Shown here: piece by piece, positions 1-12,400 of the stretch
How positions within the stretch are numbered: position 1 is the stretch's first letter
How the letters are laid out: the number at the start of each line of letters is the position of its first letter
NCBI GenBank assembly: GCA_038087875.1
Contig: JAXLNO010000131.1
Span: forward strand, 1-38,354
Direction: 5' to 3'
Source of the DNA: Malacoraja senta
Taxonomy: Eukaryota
Length of the DNA: 38,354 nt
Notes under the pieces: generated by a model
The model's database searches: none
What the model saw: only the letters and a program-made list of their open reading frames with translations
What the model was told of the DNA's origin: nothing
Program-made: the position numbers and the translations under genes

Positions 1-374
1 CGTACCTCCTCCCACCGCACATACCTACCAAAGCCCCTCCATCCTGCAACCCCAACCCCATCCCCCAAACCTTCACATGACCCCCCCCCCAGCCTCCTAG
101 GAGTAGCCCCCCTTCCTCAGGTACGTACCCCCTCCTTCCGCACAACCCCTCCAACCCCCGCACACCCCCACTGACCCCTCCACCCCCACCCGACTCGGGG
201 CAGTGAATGTGGACAGGGAGGGATGGTGTGAAACAGGAGGGGAGGGAGGGGTGAGCAGGCGGGGGTGGGGAATGGGTGTAACGGGACGGGCAGGGTGGGA
301 GGTGAGGGAGGGGGAGGGGTGAGCATGCGGGGGTCAGGGGTGAGGTCGGTGATGACACTCTACTCTGTCACCAG

Positions 375-435
375 CTGCCTGTGGACGAGGTGATGCCGCA
401 CTTTGGATCGATGAGTCTGTCCGACAGTCCCGCAG
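375..435 (+). CDS. Tentative IRF linker exon (LPVDEVMPHFGSMSLSDSPA)
   Basis: Acceptor ctctgtcaccag|, donor |gttggt. Ends in phase 1, matching the next exon. No homology support. Confidence 0.4.
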
Positions 436-3400
436 GTTGGTGCCCCCCCCCTCCAACTGGCCCACAGCCAGCGCGGAGAAGAGGTGCCAACTCCAGCCCA
501 ACCAACTCCTGAGGAACTCGCTCCCCGATGGGCCAGGGACCACCAGCCGCACCCCCCCCCCTCTCCCCCACCCGGCGCCGGCTGCAATCTATCTAAATGA
601 TGTCAAGTTGGGAAAAGGGGAAGTACAACGGGATCTGTGGGTCCTTGTTCATCAGTCTATGAAAGTAAGCATGCAGGTACAGCAGGCAGTGAAGAAAGAA
701 TGGCGTGTTGGCCTTTATAACAAGAGGAGTCCAGTATAGGAGCAAAGAGGTCCTTCTGCAGTTGTGCAGAGCCCTAGTGAGACCACACCTGGAGTATTGT
801 GTGCAGTTTTGGTCCACTAATTTGAGGAAGGACATTCTTCCTATTGAGGGAGTGCAGCGTAGGTTTACAAGGTTAATTCCTGGGATGGTGGGACTGTCAT
901 ATGCTGCAAGAATGGAGCAGCTGGCTTGTACACTCTGGAGTTTAGAAGGATGAAAGGGGATCTTATTGAAACGTAAGATTGTTAAGGGTTTGCACACGCT
1001 AGAAGCAGGAAACATGTTCCCGATGTTGGGGGAGTCCAGAACCAGGGGCCACAGTCTAAGAATAAGGGGTGAGCCATTTAGAACGGAGACAAGGAAACAC
1101 TTTTTCTCACAGAGAGTTGTGAGTCTGTGGAATTCTCTGCCTCAGAGGCCGGTTCTCTGGATACTTTCAAGAGAGAGCTAGATAGGGCTCTTAAAGATAG
1201 TGGAGTCAGGGGATATGGGGAGAAGGCAGGAACGGGGTACTGATTGTGGATGATCAGCCATGATCACATTGAATGGCGGTGCTGGCTCGAAGGGCCGAAT
1301 GGCCCACTCCTGCACCTATTGTCTATTGCCACCGCTCCAGGCCTGTGCCCGGCTGCCGGCCAACCCGGCTGGACAGGCAGAGCCGAGCTGGAGCCAGCAC
1401 CTCCACCCCACGCCAGCTGCAACCCCAGGGCCACCCCCGGACAGGGACGGGACACCCAGGATGGGACGGGGACGGCCCAGTAGCAACTCAACAGCGCCGG
1501 AGACCCGGGCCCGACCCCGACCCTGGACGAATCGCAGACCTGCACACATGCAGCAGCACAGCACAGCTGTCGAGAATGTTTGTAGCGAGTGACGAATGAC
1601 CTGGGCATGTCATGTCAAGTCAAGTCAAGTCAACTTTATTTGTCACATACACATACAAGATGTACAGTGAAATGAAAGTGGCAATGCCTGCACTTGTGCG
1701 AAAACAAGAGACAACAGAACAGAACAGAACCAGTATTTACAGGTTTTTTTAAAGACACAACAGTATTTGCCCCCTGGTGAGATCAGAGTTTACAGTCCTG
1801 ATGGCCTGTGGGAAGAAAGTCTGTCTCATCCTCTCTATTTTTGCAGCGTGACAGCAGAGGCGCTTGCCTGACCGTAGCATCTGGAACAGTCCGTTGCTGG
1901 GGTGGTAGGGGTCCTTCATGATCTTGCTGGCTCTGGATCTGCACCTCCTGGTGTATAGTTCCTGCAGGGGGGTGAGTTTAGTTCCCATGGTGCGTTCGGC
2001 AATAGACAATGGACAATAGGTGCAGGAGTAGGCCATTCGGCCCTTTGAGCCAGCACCGCCATTCAATGAGATCATGGGTGATCATCCCTGTAAATCATCA
2101 CCTGAGACAGTATAAGATTTACACACATTTTTAATCAGCACTGTAACTTGGCAGCATTAAAAGACAAGGTGTTGTCAGTTCATCCTAGCTGCTTCGACTG
2201 ACGGTGCTGGGAATGGGCGTTAGTATGTGTTATAATGGGGTGGAGTTAGTGATGCTGGCTAAGTGTGATTGGTTCACATGCATCATCAATCTACATCCTT
2301 CCCCCTAAAGATTAAATGTGGAAAGGAAGTGTATTAAACATACTCGCCATACCTGTCTGGTGGTCTACTAACACGGCCCGAACGCGTGCGGACCCAACCA
2401 TCCCCTCCCTCAACTGAAGGATTAGGCGGAGAGGCTGAAGGTGAAAATCGCACGGGAGAGGCTTGTGGTGACAGAGAGGGGAAACATGCGGTAGGTGTAA
2501 CCCCGTGGTTAGTGGAGACCGAGAGACGTGGGGATGTGCAAGGCATGCGGGGACGGGCGGGAGACACTGCAAAAGGTGTCTGGAACTGGAGCGGCGGAGC
2601 ATAGGGATCAGCAGGCGGTGGTTGGGGCTCCTTCACAGCAAGCAGGTGCTGTCAACTTCTCCGGTATACCGCTCCCTCACAGTCCACAAGGTACGATCAC
2701 GGCTCATCAGTCGGGCGTACAACAACGCCCAGACGAGAATGTCCAGTTGAAGTTCGTAGACGGACGACCTGGCCCAGCAGTAGGGGCTGGAGTGGTCTGC
2801 TGGAACTGTCGTATGACCGTTTCTGGATGTCGTGCTTATCTTGGAGACGTTGCTGGATAGTGACGGGCTTCAACACCTGAGGGACCAGCTGCTGTTGTGT
2901 GATGGGGACCGGAGACCTCGTCACCCTCGACAGCAGACGCTGTGCTGGTGACCCCAAGGTTCCGTCTCTGGCGATGTTTCTGAGATTCAGGAGATCGAGA
3001 TAGACGTCTGACTTTGAAATGCGCGCTCCCTCCAGCAAGTGCTTGGCGCTTCTGACAGCACGTTCAGCGAGTCCATTACTCTGTGGATACTCGGGACTGC
3101 TCGTGACGTGCTGGAAGTTCCATCGGTCTGCGAAAAGCTTGAACAAGTGGCTGGTGAACTGTGGACCGTTGTCGGTTCTCAGGATGACAGGAGCGCCATA
3201 GGCTGAAAAGTGTTTTCATCTTCTTGATGACCATCTCAAACGTGAGGAAGGTCAGTTGGTCAAGTTCAAACCAGTTGGAAAAAGAGTCGACCAGAACGAG
3301 GTAGTGCTTACCGCACCATTAAAAAATGTCCGCAGCCAGCGACGACCAAGGCAGTGCTGGTGGAGGTTGTTGCAGAAGGGGTTGCCACTGCTGATGAGGC

Positions 3401-6400
3401 GCAAGATTGTTGCAAGTGGGGCAGGAGGCTACGCGGTCCCGGATGTACGTGGCCATTCCGCACCAGTAGAACAGATCCTGGGCGCGTGCCAGTGTAGAGT
3501 CGGCTCCTGGGTGACCGCTGTGTACCTCTTTGAAGTACTCGTCTTGTAGCGATGAAGGTACCACTACCTTGTGACCCTTAACGACAACACCATCCTGAAC
3601 CACCAGTTCATCACGGACCAAGAAGTACGGCTGCACCTCTGTGGGCGTGTCGGATTGTTTGTCTGGCCAGCCTGTTTTGATGATGGATGAGAGGGCTTGA
3701 AGCGTAGCATCATTAGCAGTGTGCGCGGCCAGAATGCGCAGTTGCTTACTGGAGATTAGATCGACACCGAGAACCGTGAAATTCTCCCGTTCATGGGGGT
3801 GTTGTTCGCAAGATGCTCGAGGTGCACGAGAGAGTGTGTCAGCGACATGCATGTCCTTACCCTTTGTGTAGGTAATAGAGAAGTCGTACCGCTGCAGCTG
3901 CATCATCATGTGCTGCAAGCGAGCTGGCGCGGCATGGATAGGCTTGTTCAGGATTTTTGGGATTAATGCACAGGCGGATTTCATTCTTTCCCTTCTTGAC
4001 TGTGGCAATCATGGTTGAGACCCAGTCGGTGGGGTCACTGACTGCTTCAATTACACCCTTTGGAGACCATGTCCTTCAGCATAGAGTGAACCCTGTCAGT
4101 TATGGCAAATGACAATCGGTGCAGGGGTCGGATCACGGGTGTCACCTCGGGGTCAGTAATAATCTTGTAGGACACAGGCAGCTTGCCTAGGTTGTTGTCA
4201 AAGAGACCAGGGAATTCATTCAGTGGATCAAAAGAAACGCAGTTTGTGGACAGTTTTGTCAAAGGAAATTAGCCCCAGTTCCTGACAGGCATGATTGCCA
4301 AGCAGAGTAACTGAATTAAAGTTCAACACGTAGAAGGTCAATTCCCTCGTTGTTTTGTTCAGTACACATTTCAAGTTGGTTTTGCCCAGAGGAACCAGCA
4401 CCTCCCTTCCAAAAGCATGTAAAGTGGATGCGTCCTTGACAAGTGGCTCGCTAGCTCTAATCTTGTTAAAGAGGTTGATTGACATAGTGTTGACCTTCAC
4501 CCCAGCATCTAATTTCGCGCCAAAAACAACATTGTTTACAGATATCGTCACTGTAGGATCAGAATTCTTGGCAGCAGCATGCTGTAACATGTAAACAGTC
4601 GGGTCGTCTTGTGAGTTAATTGGGCTGTATTCGGGGGCGGTTTCGGGATGGAATTGGGGAAGCAGTGTGTTGCTGTCTCGTTGCAAAAAATTGAGATTAG
4701 ACTTGGGACTGGGCGCATTCTTTCCTCGGGCCCTGATTGCAGCCCGACAGACTGAGGCAAAGTGATTTAGTTTTTTGCAGTAATTGCAAGCCTTCCCGAG
4801 GGCAGAGCAGGCTGATTGTCTGTTGTGTAGATAGCCGCAGTTAGGACATTTCTTCGGAGGACCGCTGAGAACTGCCTGGCTAGCTTGGGTCATAAATCGG
4901 CTGTTATCTGTGTATGTTCGCTGCCTAGTGAGGCCCGTCAGATTGATGGTTTTGCTTTCATGCGAAATGTCTATGGGATCGACAAGTTCGGCAGTTCTAC
5001 AAGCATGCACCGCTTCATCGAGCGATAAATCTTGCCTAGTTTACGCAGCAAGACATTAAGGTCAGTAGGAGATTCCGCCAGTGTAATTACCTGGTCATTG
5101 GCATCACGGATAGCCGGAGCATAACGGAATATTCTGGATTGACGAAGGGCATCTGGGCCCGCAAGGTTGAGCAGGAGCGAGGCCTTGACAGCATCTGGTT
5201 CATTTCGGTGTACAATGTTCATGTAGTGCTGGTAATCAATTTCAAACATGGCCCAGCGTTCGCTGATATCCGCATCAAAGACAAGAGGGTCAGGCTTTCG
5301 ACAAGAAGAAGCCATCGTATAGAAAGCAAAACTCACAAAAGATAAAATAAAAACTATTATACAAGAGGATTCAAGATTCAAGATTCAAGATTCAAGATTC
5401 AAGAAGTTTATTGCCATGTCAACAAGTTGATAGGAATGTGTCTTGGTTCGCTCTCAGACAGATACAATTCAGTACAATACATCCACCACATACACCACAA
5501 TAAATAATAAATAATACAGACAATATCGTACGAAGGACAATATATACAGGAAGGACAGTACCCAGCAGCGTCATGTTAAACGTAGGTGCAAGTGCAAAAG
5601 AAAATGCAAAGTGATTAGTGCAAATTCAAATATCTGATGGCTTGGAGTTAGGTGCTGTCTCTGAAGCGAGATGTTTTACTTTTAATGCTTCTATATCTCC
5701 TTCCTGATGGGAGGAGATTAAAGAGGTGATGTGCCGGGTGAAAGTGGTCTGCTATGATTTTTTTGGCCTTTCTGGTGAGTCTTGTTGAGTAATGTGATGT
5801 CACTGAGGGAAGTGTGCTGCAACCGATGATCTTAGAAGCTCGGCGCTCTATTCTCTCCAGCCGAATCTTATCCTGCGAGGTTGTGTGACCATACCAGACA
5901 AGCATGAAGAATGTGAGTATGCTTTCTATGGTAGACCTATAGAAGTGGGTCATGACTGGTCGACTGACCCTGAATTTTTTGAGGAGTGGATAAGACCACT
6001 TCTGACACCATGTAAATCATCACCTGAGACAGTATAAGATTTACACACATCTTTAATCAGCACTGTAACTTGGCAGCATTAAAAGACAAGGTGTTGTCAG
6101 TTCATCCTAGCTGCTTCGACTGACGGTGCTGGGAATGGGCGTTAGTATAAGTGTTATAATGGGGTGGAGTTAGTGATGCTAAGTGTGATTGGTTCACATG
6201 CATCATCAATCTACAATCCCCAATCAGTACCCCATTCCTGCCTTCTTTCTCCCCATATCCCTGACTCCGCTATCTTTAAGAGCCCTATCTAGCTCTTGAA
6301 AGTATCCAGAGAACTGGCCTCCACGGATTCCACTGAGGCAGAGAATTCCACAGACTCACAACTCTCTGTGAGAAAAAGTGTTTCCTCGTTTCCGTTCTAA

Positions 6401-9400
6401 ATGGCTTACCCCTTATTCTTAAACTGTGGCCCCTGGTTCTGGACTCAGATAATAATCTGCCTTCCTGTTTTTGATACCAAAGTGGATAACATCACATTTA
6501 TCCGCATTAAACTTAATCTGCCATGCATCTGCCCACTGCCCCAACCTGTCCAAGTCACCCTGCATTCTCATAGCATCCTCCTCGCAGTTCACACTGCCAC
6601 CCAGCTTTGTGTCATCTGCAAATTTGCTAATGTTACTTTGAATCCCTTCATCCAAATCATTGATGTATATTGTAAATAGCTGCGGTCCCAGCACTGAGCC
6701 TTGCGGTACCCCACTAGTCACTGCCTGTCATTCTGAAAGGGACCCGTTAATCCCTACTCTTCGTTTCCTGTCTGCCAACCACTTCTCTATCCATGTCAGC
6801 ACTCTACCCCCAATACCATGTGCCCTAATTTTGCCCACTAATCTCCTATGTGGGACCTTATCCGGAAGTGGCGGCGCTCTTGAACAGCAGTGGCTCGCCT
6901 GCAGTCTGTCTGTTTTTACTTTTGTTGTTTTCTTTTGTCCTGTTTTAGTTAAATTTTAGTTTATTGGGTTGTGTATGTGTGGGGGGGGGAACATGCTTTT
7001 TGTCTCTTCCTTCGGGGGAATGCGACTTTTTCTTGTCGTATCCCCCTTCTCTGCCTCCGTCTGCGCTGAGGCCTAATGGCGGAGCTGATGGCCTCCAACT
7101 GCGACCGACCGACCTCGAGGCTCCGGAGGCAGAGCCAGGACTTACCAACGTGAGGCTGGCCAACTTCGGGGCTGCGGTGGCATTCCGGCGTTCTGGCGGT
7201 GGCGACCAAAGACACTGGTGGCGACCTAAATCCGGAGGCTCGGCCGCGGGCCCAGTGGACGACATCGTCGGGAGCTCGCAGGTCACAGGTGGGTGACCTG
7301 TTTTTCTGGAGCTCCCGCAACTACAGCTGCGTCCGCTGGACTGGAGGGCGGCAGCTTCGACCACCCCAGGCCACGGAGTTTGAACCGGCCCGTCGCGGAG
7401 CACGGATTCAGCCGCGGGACTGACTTACCATCACCCGGCGGGGCCACAACATCAGAAGCCTGGATCGCCTCAGCGCAGAGGAAGAACAAAGAGGGAAGAG
7501 ACAGAGACTTTAAGACTTTTGCCTCCATCACAGTGAGGAGGTGCCTGGTGAACTCACTGTGGTGGATGTTAATTTGTGTTTATTGTGTGTTTTGTTATTT
7601 ATTATTATATGTATGACTGCAGGCAACGAAATTTCGTTCAGACCGAAAGGCCTGAATGACAGATAAAGGAATCTCTAATCTCTATCAAATGCTTTCTGAA
7701 AGTCCAGGTACACTACATCCACTGGCTCTCCCTTGTCCATTTTCCTAATTACATCCTCAAAAAATTCCAGAAGATTTATGTACTGGGCAGAGCTGTTGCC
7801 AAACCAGATCGTGATGTTTCCGGTCAGGATACTTTCCACTGCACCAGAGTAGAAGGACTGAAGGATCCTCAGAGAGACTCTGAATTTCCTCAGCTGCATG
7901 AGGTGGTAAAGGTGCCTTTCTCACCAGTCAGAATACCAAACTCACAAATAAGCTACAAACCTGTACATCTTTGGAATGTGGGAGGAAACTGGAGCACCCA
8001 GCGAAAACCCAAACAGTCACCCAAGGAGTACATGCAAACTCCACACAGACAGCGTCAGTGGTCAGGAGTGAACCCGGGTCTCTGACACTGTGAGGCAGCA
8101 GCTCTACCCGCTGCACCAAGTGGAATGAGACTGAGTGGAAACTGGAGAAGTGGGTACACGCATCACAGTGTTTGACAACTGCGTGGATAGGTGCGGGTTC
8201 GAGGGATATGGGCTAAACGCACTCATATGGGAATAGCCCAGAATGCCAACTAGGTCAGCATAGGCAAGGTGGCCGAATGGCCTGTTTCCATGCCACACGT
8301 CTCTGAGGGACGGGTTACGATACGATAGAACTTTATTTATCCCAGGAGGGAAATTGATCTGCCAACAGTCACAAAATACATGAAAGATGAAATCAAAGTG
8401 ACGAGTGGAAAGGATTGGGGGTGTGCAAAGATTGGGGAGGGGAGAAGGAGAGTCAGTCTCAGTCTACCCCACGACAGTTTGATAGCCACAGGAAAAAGGG
8501 ATCCCCTGTGCTCCATCTCTCCCTCTGTCAGTTTCTCTCTCCCTCGTGGACCTATTTCTGCTGTCTGTGTCTGTCCCTCTCTTGCCCCCCACCCACCAGG
8601 CTGACTCTCTCACTCCCTGTCTCTGTCCCTCTCCCTCCCACCTTCTGAAAACTGACCCCGCCCCCTCTCTCCACAGATCAGCTGGACGCCGGGCACCCGC
8701 TCTTCCTCCACCCCCAGCAAGGGGGCGCTGCAGTCAGCTGCCTCCTCTCGGAAGCAGCGGAGCAGGAAGGGGGGGCGGGTAAGTGGGGGTCAATGTGGGG
8801 GGGGGGCGGGTACGTGGGGGTCAATGTGGGGGGGGCGGGTAAGTGGGGGTCAATGTGGGGGGGGGCGGGTAAGTGGGGGTCAATGTGGGGGCGGGTGAGT
8901 GGGGGTCAATATGGGGGGGGGTTAGAAACATTGACAGTAGGTGCAGGAGGAGTCCATTCGGCCCTTCGAGCCAGCACCGCCATTCATTGTGATCATGGCT
9001 GATCGTCCCCAATCAATAACCCGTGCCTGCCTTCTCCCCATATCCCTTGACTCCACTAGCCCCTAGAGCTCTATCTAACTCTCTCTTAAATCCATCCAGT
9101 GACTTGGCCTCCACTGCCCTCTGTGGCAGGGAATTCCACAAATTCACAACTCTCTGGGTGAAAAAGTTTTTCTCACAGTCTTAAATGGCCTCCCCTTTAT
9201 TCTAAGACTGTGCCCCTGGTTCTGGACTCGACCAACATTGGGAACATTTTTCCAGCATCTAGCTTGTCCAGTCCTTTTATAATTTTATATGTTTCTATAA
9301 GATCCCCCTCATCCTTTTAAACTCCAGTCAATACAAGCCTAGTCTTTTCAATCTTTCCTCATATGACAGTCCCGCCATCCCAGGGATCAATCTCGTGAAC

Positions 9401-12400
9401 CTACGCTGCACTGCCTCAATCGCAAGGATGTCCTTCCTCAAATTAGGAGACCAAAACTGTACACAATACTCCAGATGTTGCCTTACCAGAGCCCTATACA
9501 ACTGCAGAAGAGCCTCTTTACTCCTACACTGAAATCCTCTTGTTATGAAGGCCAACATTCCATTAGCTTTCTTCACTTCCTGCTGTACCTGCACGCCAAC
9601 TTTCAGTGACCGGTGTACAAGGACGCCCAGGTCTCGCTGCACCTTCTCCGTACCTAACCTAACCCAAGGGTTTCGGCCCGAAACGTTGCCTATTTCCTTC
9701 GCTGCATAGATGCTGCTGCACCTGCTGAGTTTCTCCAGCATTTTTGTGTACCTCCCATTGAGATAATAATCTGCCCCCTTGTTTTTGCCACCATAGTGGA
9801 TAACCTCACATTTATCTATATTATACTGCATCTTGCAACACTTGTCTCTTCACCTCCCCCCTCGACTCCATTCAAGGACCTAAGCAGTCGTTCCACGTGC
9901 GACAGAGGTTCACCTGCATCTCCTCCAACCTCATCTATTGCATCCGCTGCTCTAGATGCCAGCTGATCTACATCGGTGAGACCAAGCGGAGGCTTGGCGA
10001 TCGTTTCGCCGAACACCTCCGGTCGGTCCGCAATAACCAACCTGACCTCCCGGTGGCTCAGCACTTCAACTCCCCCTCCCATTCCGTATCTGACCTCTCT
10101 GTCCTGGGTCTCCTCCATGGCCACAGCGAGCAACACCGGAAATTGGAGGAAATGCACCTCATATTCCGCTTGGGCAGTCTACATCCTGGGGGCTTGAACA
10201 TTGAATTCTCCCAATTCTGCTAGCCCTTGCTGTCCCCTCCCCTTCATCAGCCCTCTGGTTGTCTCCTCCCCTCCCCTAGCCCTCGGGCTCCTCCGCTTTT
10301 TTTCCTTTTTTCCTTTCTTCTCCCCACCCCCTATCAGTCTGAAGAAGGGTTTCGGCCTGAAACGTAGCCTATTTCCTTCGCTCCATAGATGCTGCTGCAC
10401 CCGCTGAGTTTCTCCAGCATTTTTGTGTACCTGCCCACTCACTCAACCTGTCCAGGTCACCCTGCAACCTCCTAACATCCTCTTCGCAGTTCACACTGCC
10501 ACCCAGCTTTGTGTCATCCGCAAACTTGCTAGTGTTGCTCCTAATTCCCTCTTACAAATCATTAATATATATGGTAAACAGTTGCGGCCCCAACACTGTG
10601 TTGGGGGGGGGTCACTGTGGGGGGGGGGGGAGGAAATGACCGTCAGGGACTGACCCTTGTCTCTCTCTCTTAGAGCGCGGTTGGCCGCTGCCGGGAAGGG
10701 GGGCGTGCGGGGAGGGGGGCTTCAGCCAGGAGAGACCCATGTACCCCCCCGCTCCCCTCCACCCCCCGGCCGCTGACGCCAACCTGCCCCCTTGGGCACC
10801 AATCCTCCTCAATGGTCAAGGTACGTACGACCCGTCAGTGCGGCGCTCCCTCACCGCCCTCCCATAGAAACATAGAAAACATAGAAATTAGGTGCAGGAG
10901 TAGGCCATTCGGCCCTTCGAGCCTGCACCGCCATTCAATATGATCATGGCTGATCATCCAACTCAGTATCCCGTACCTGCCTTCTCTCCATACCCTCTGA
11001 TCCCCTTAGCCACAAGGGCCACATCTAACTCCCTCTTAAATATAGCCAATGAACTGGCCTCAACTACCCTCTGTGGCAGAGAGTTCCAGAGATTCACCAC
11101 TCTCTGTGTGAAAAAAAGTTCTTCATCTCGGTTTTAAAGGATTTCCCCCTTATCCTTAAGCTGTGACGCCCTTGTCCTGGACTTCCCCAACATCGGGAGC
11201 AATCTTCCTGCATCTAGCCTGTCCAACCCCTTAAGAATGTTGTACGTTTCTATAAGATCCCCTCTCAATCTCCTAAATTCTAGAGAGTATAAACCAAATC
11301 TATCCAGTCTTTCTTCATAAGACAGTCCTGACATCCCAGGAATCAGTCTGGTGAACCTTCTCTGCACTCCCTCTATGGCTATAATGTCCTTCCTCAGATT
11401 TGGAGACCAAAACTGTACGCAATACACCAGGTGTGGTCTCACCAAGACCCTGTACAACTGCAGTAAAACCTCTCTGCTCCTATACTCAAATCCTTTTGCT
11501 ATGAAAGATAACATACCATTCGCTTTCTTCACTGCCTGCTGCGCTCCCTAACTTCCCCACCCACAGTGCGGCGCTCCCTCACCGCCCCTCCCCCAGTGCG
11601 GCGCTCCCTCACCGCCCCCTGACTCCGCTCTCCCCCCCCCAGTGCGGTGCTCCCTCACCGCCCCCTGACTCCGCTCTCCCCCAGTGCGGCGCTCCCTCGC
11701 TGCCCTCCCACAGTGCGGCGCTCCCTCACTTCCCCTCCCGCAGTGCGGCGCTCCTTCACTGCCCCTCCCACAGTGCGGCGCTCCCTCACCGCCCCTCCCC
11801 CAGTGCGGCGCTCCCTCACCGCCCCTCCCCCAACGCGGCGCTCCCTCACCGCCCCACCCACAGTGCGGCGTTCCCTCACTTCCCCACCCACAGTGCGGCG
11901 CTCCCTCACCGCCCCTCCCCCAACGCGGCGCTCCCTCACCGCCCCTCCCCCAGCGCGACGCTCCCTCACCGCCCCACCCACAGTGCGGCGCTCCCTTACC
12001 GCCCCTCCCCCAGCGCGGCGCTCCCTCACCGCCCCTCCCCCAGCGCGGCGCTCCCTCACCGCCCCTTGACTGCTCACCCCACAGAGCCCAGTGACCTGGA
12101 CATCACGGTGTATTACCGCGGCCGCCAAGTGCTGCAATGCACGGTGACAAACCCCGGAGGCTGCCGCCTCTACTCGTGGCAGGAGGAGCCCGCGTTGTCG
12201 CAGCTTCAGCCCGTCCGCCTCCCGCCCACCGACGGCCTGCCCGACATCAAGCAGCGGGGCTTCACGGAGCGGCTGTTGGCCAGCGTGGAGGGCGGGCTGT
12301 TGCTACACCACTGGGCGGGGGACGTGCTGGCCGAGCGCCTGGGCCGCTGTCAGGTGTTCTGGGCCCGCTCCGAGAACGGCCCGGAGCTGGGGGCCGGAGC

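Larger units (their letters stand above)
2089..6215 (-). mobile_element. Ty3/Gypsy LTR retrotransposon (Mag-like), internally deleted and non-autonomous
   Basis: TG..CA LTRs at 2089-2295 and 6011-6215; 5-bp TSD ATCCC; PBS and PPT; gag zinc knuckles, protease (LDAG), HHCC and DDE integrase (DNGPQF, PQSNGLAERAV); frameshifted. Confidence 0.95.
2001..7778 (-). mobile_element. CR1 LINE split into 2001-2088, 6216-6862 and 7683-7778 by later insertions
   Basis: The 3' UTR rejoins across the Gypsy TSD. RT motifs VTSGVPQGSVLGP, KFADDTK and YLDFQKAFD rejoin across 6863-7682. Confidence 0.88.
8922..10596 (-). mobile_element. CR1 LINE 3' portion, interrupted by two Penelope-type insertions
   Basis: ORF 9328..9831 (CEVIH, RDLGV, HLEYCVQFW). 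Resumes at about 10432 with RT sequence. Confidence 0.9.

Noticed and set aside
93..120. Possible IRF micro-exon ending CAG|gtacgt
   Set aside because: The donor is plausible and phase-compatible, but the acceptor is ambiguous and there is no homology support.
1328..1600. GC-rich stretch with a ctccag acceptor as a possible IRF exon
   Set aside because: The phase-1 frame reaches TAG at 1481-1483 with no convincing donor before it.
1669..1680. ISRE-like gaaatgaaagt in the IRF intron (possible autoregulation)
   Set aside because: Imperfect spacing, inside a LINE 3' UTR, and expected by chance.
2089..6215. Domesticated Gypsy gene or endogenous retrovirus
   Set aside because: Multiple frameshifts and deletions, no env, and LTRs and TSD intact; an ordinary defective insertion.
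11647..12137. Long repetitive ORFs on both strands (RRSLTAPP / GGAVRERR)
   Set aside because: Translations of the 30-bp minisatellite in an intron.
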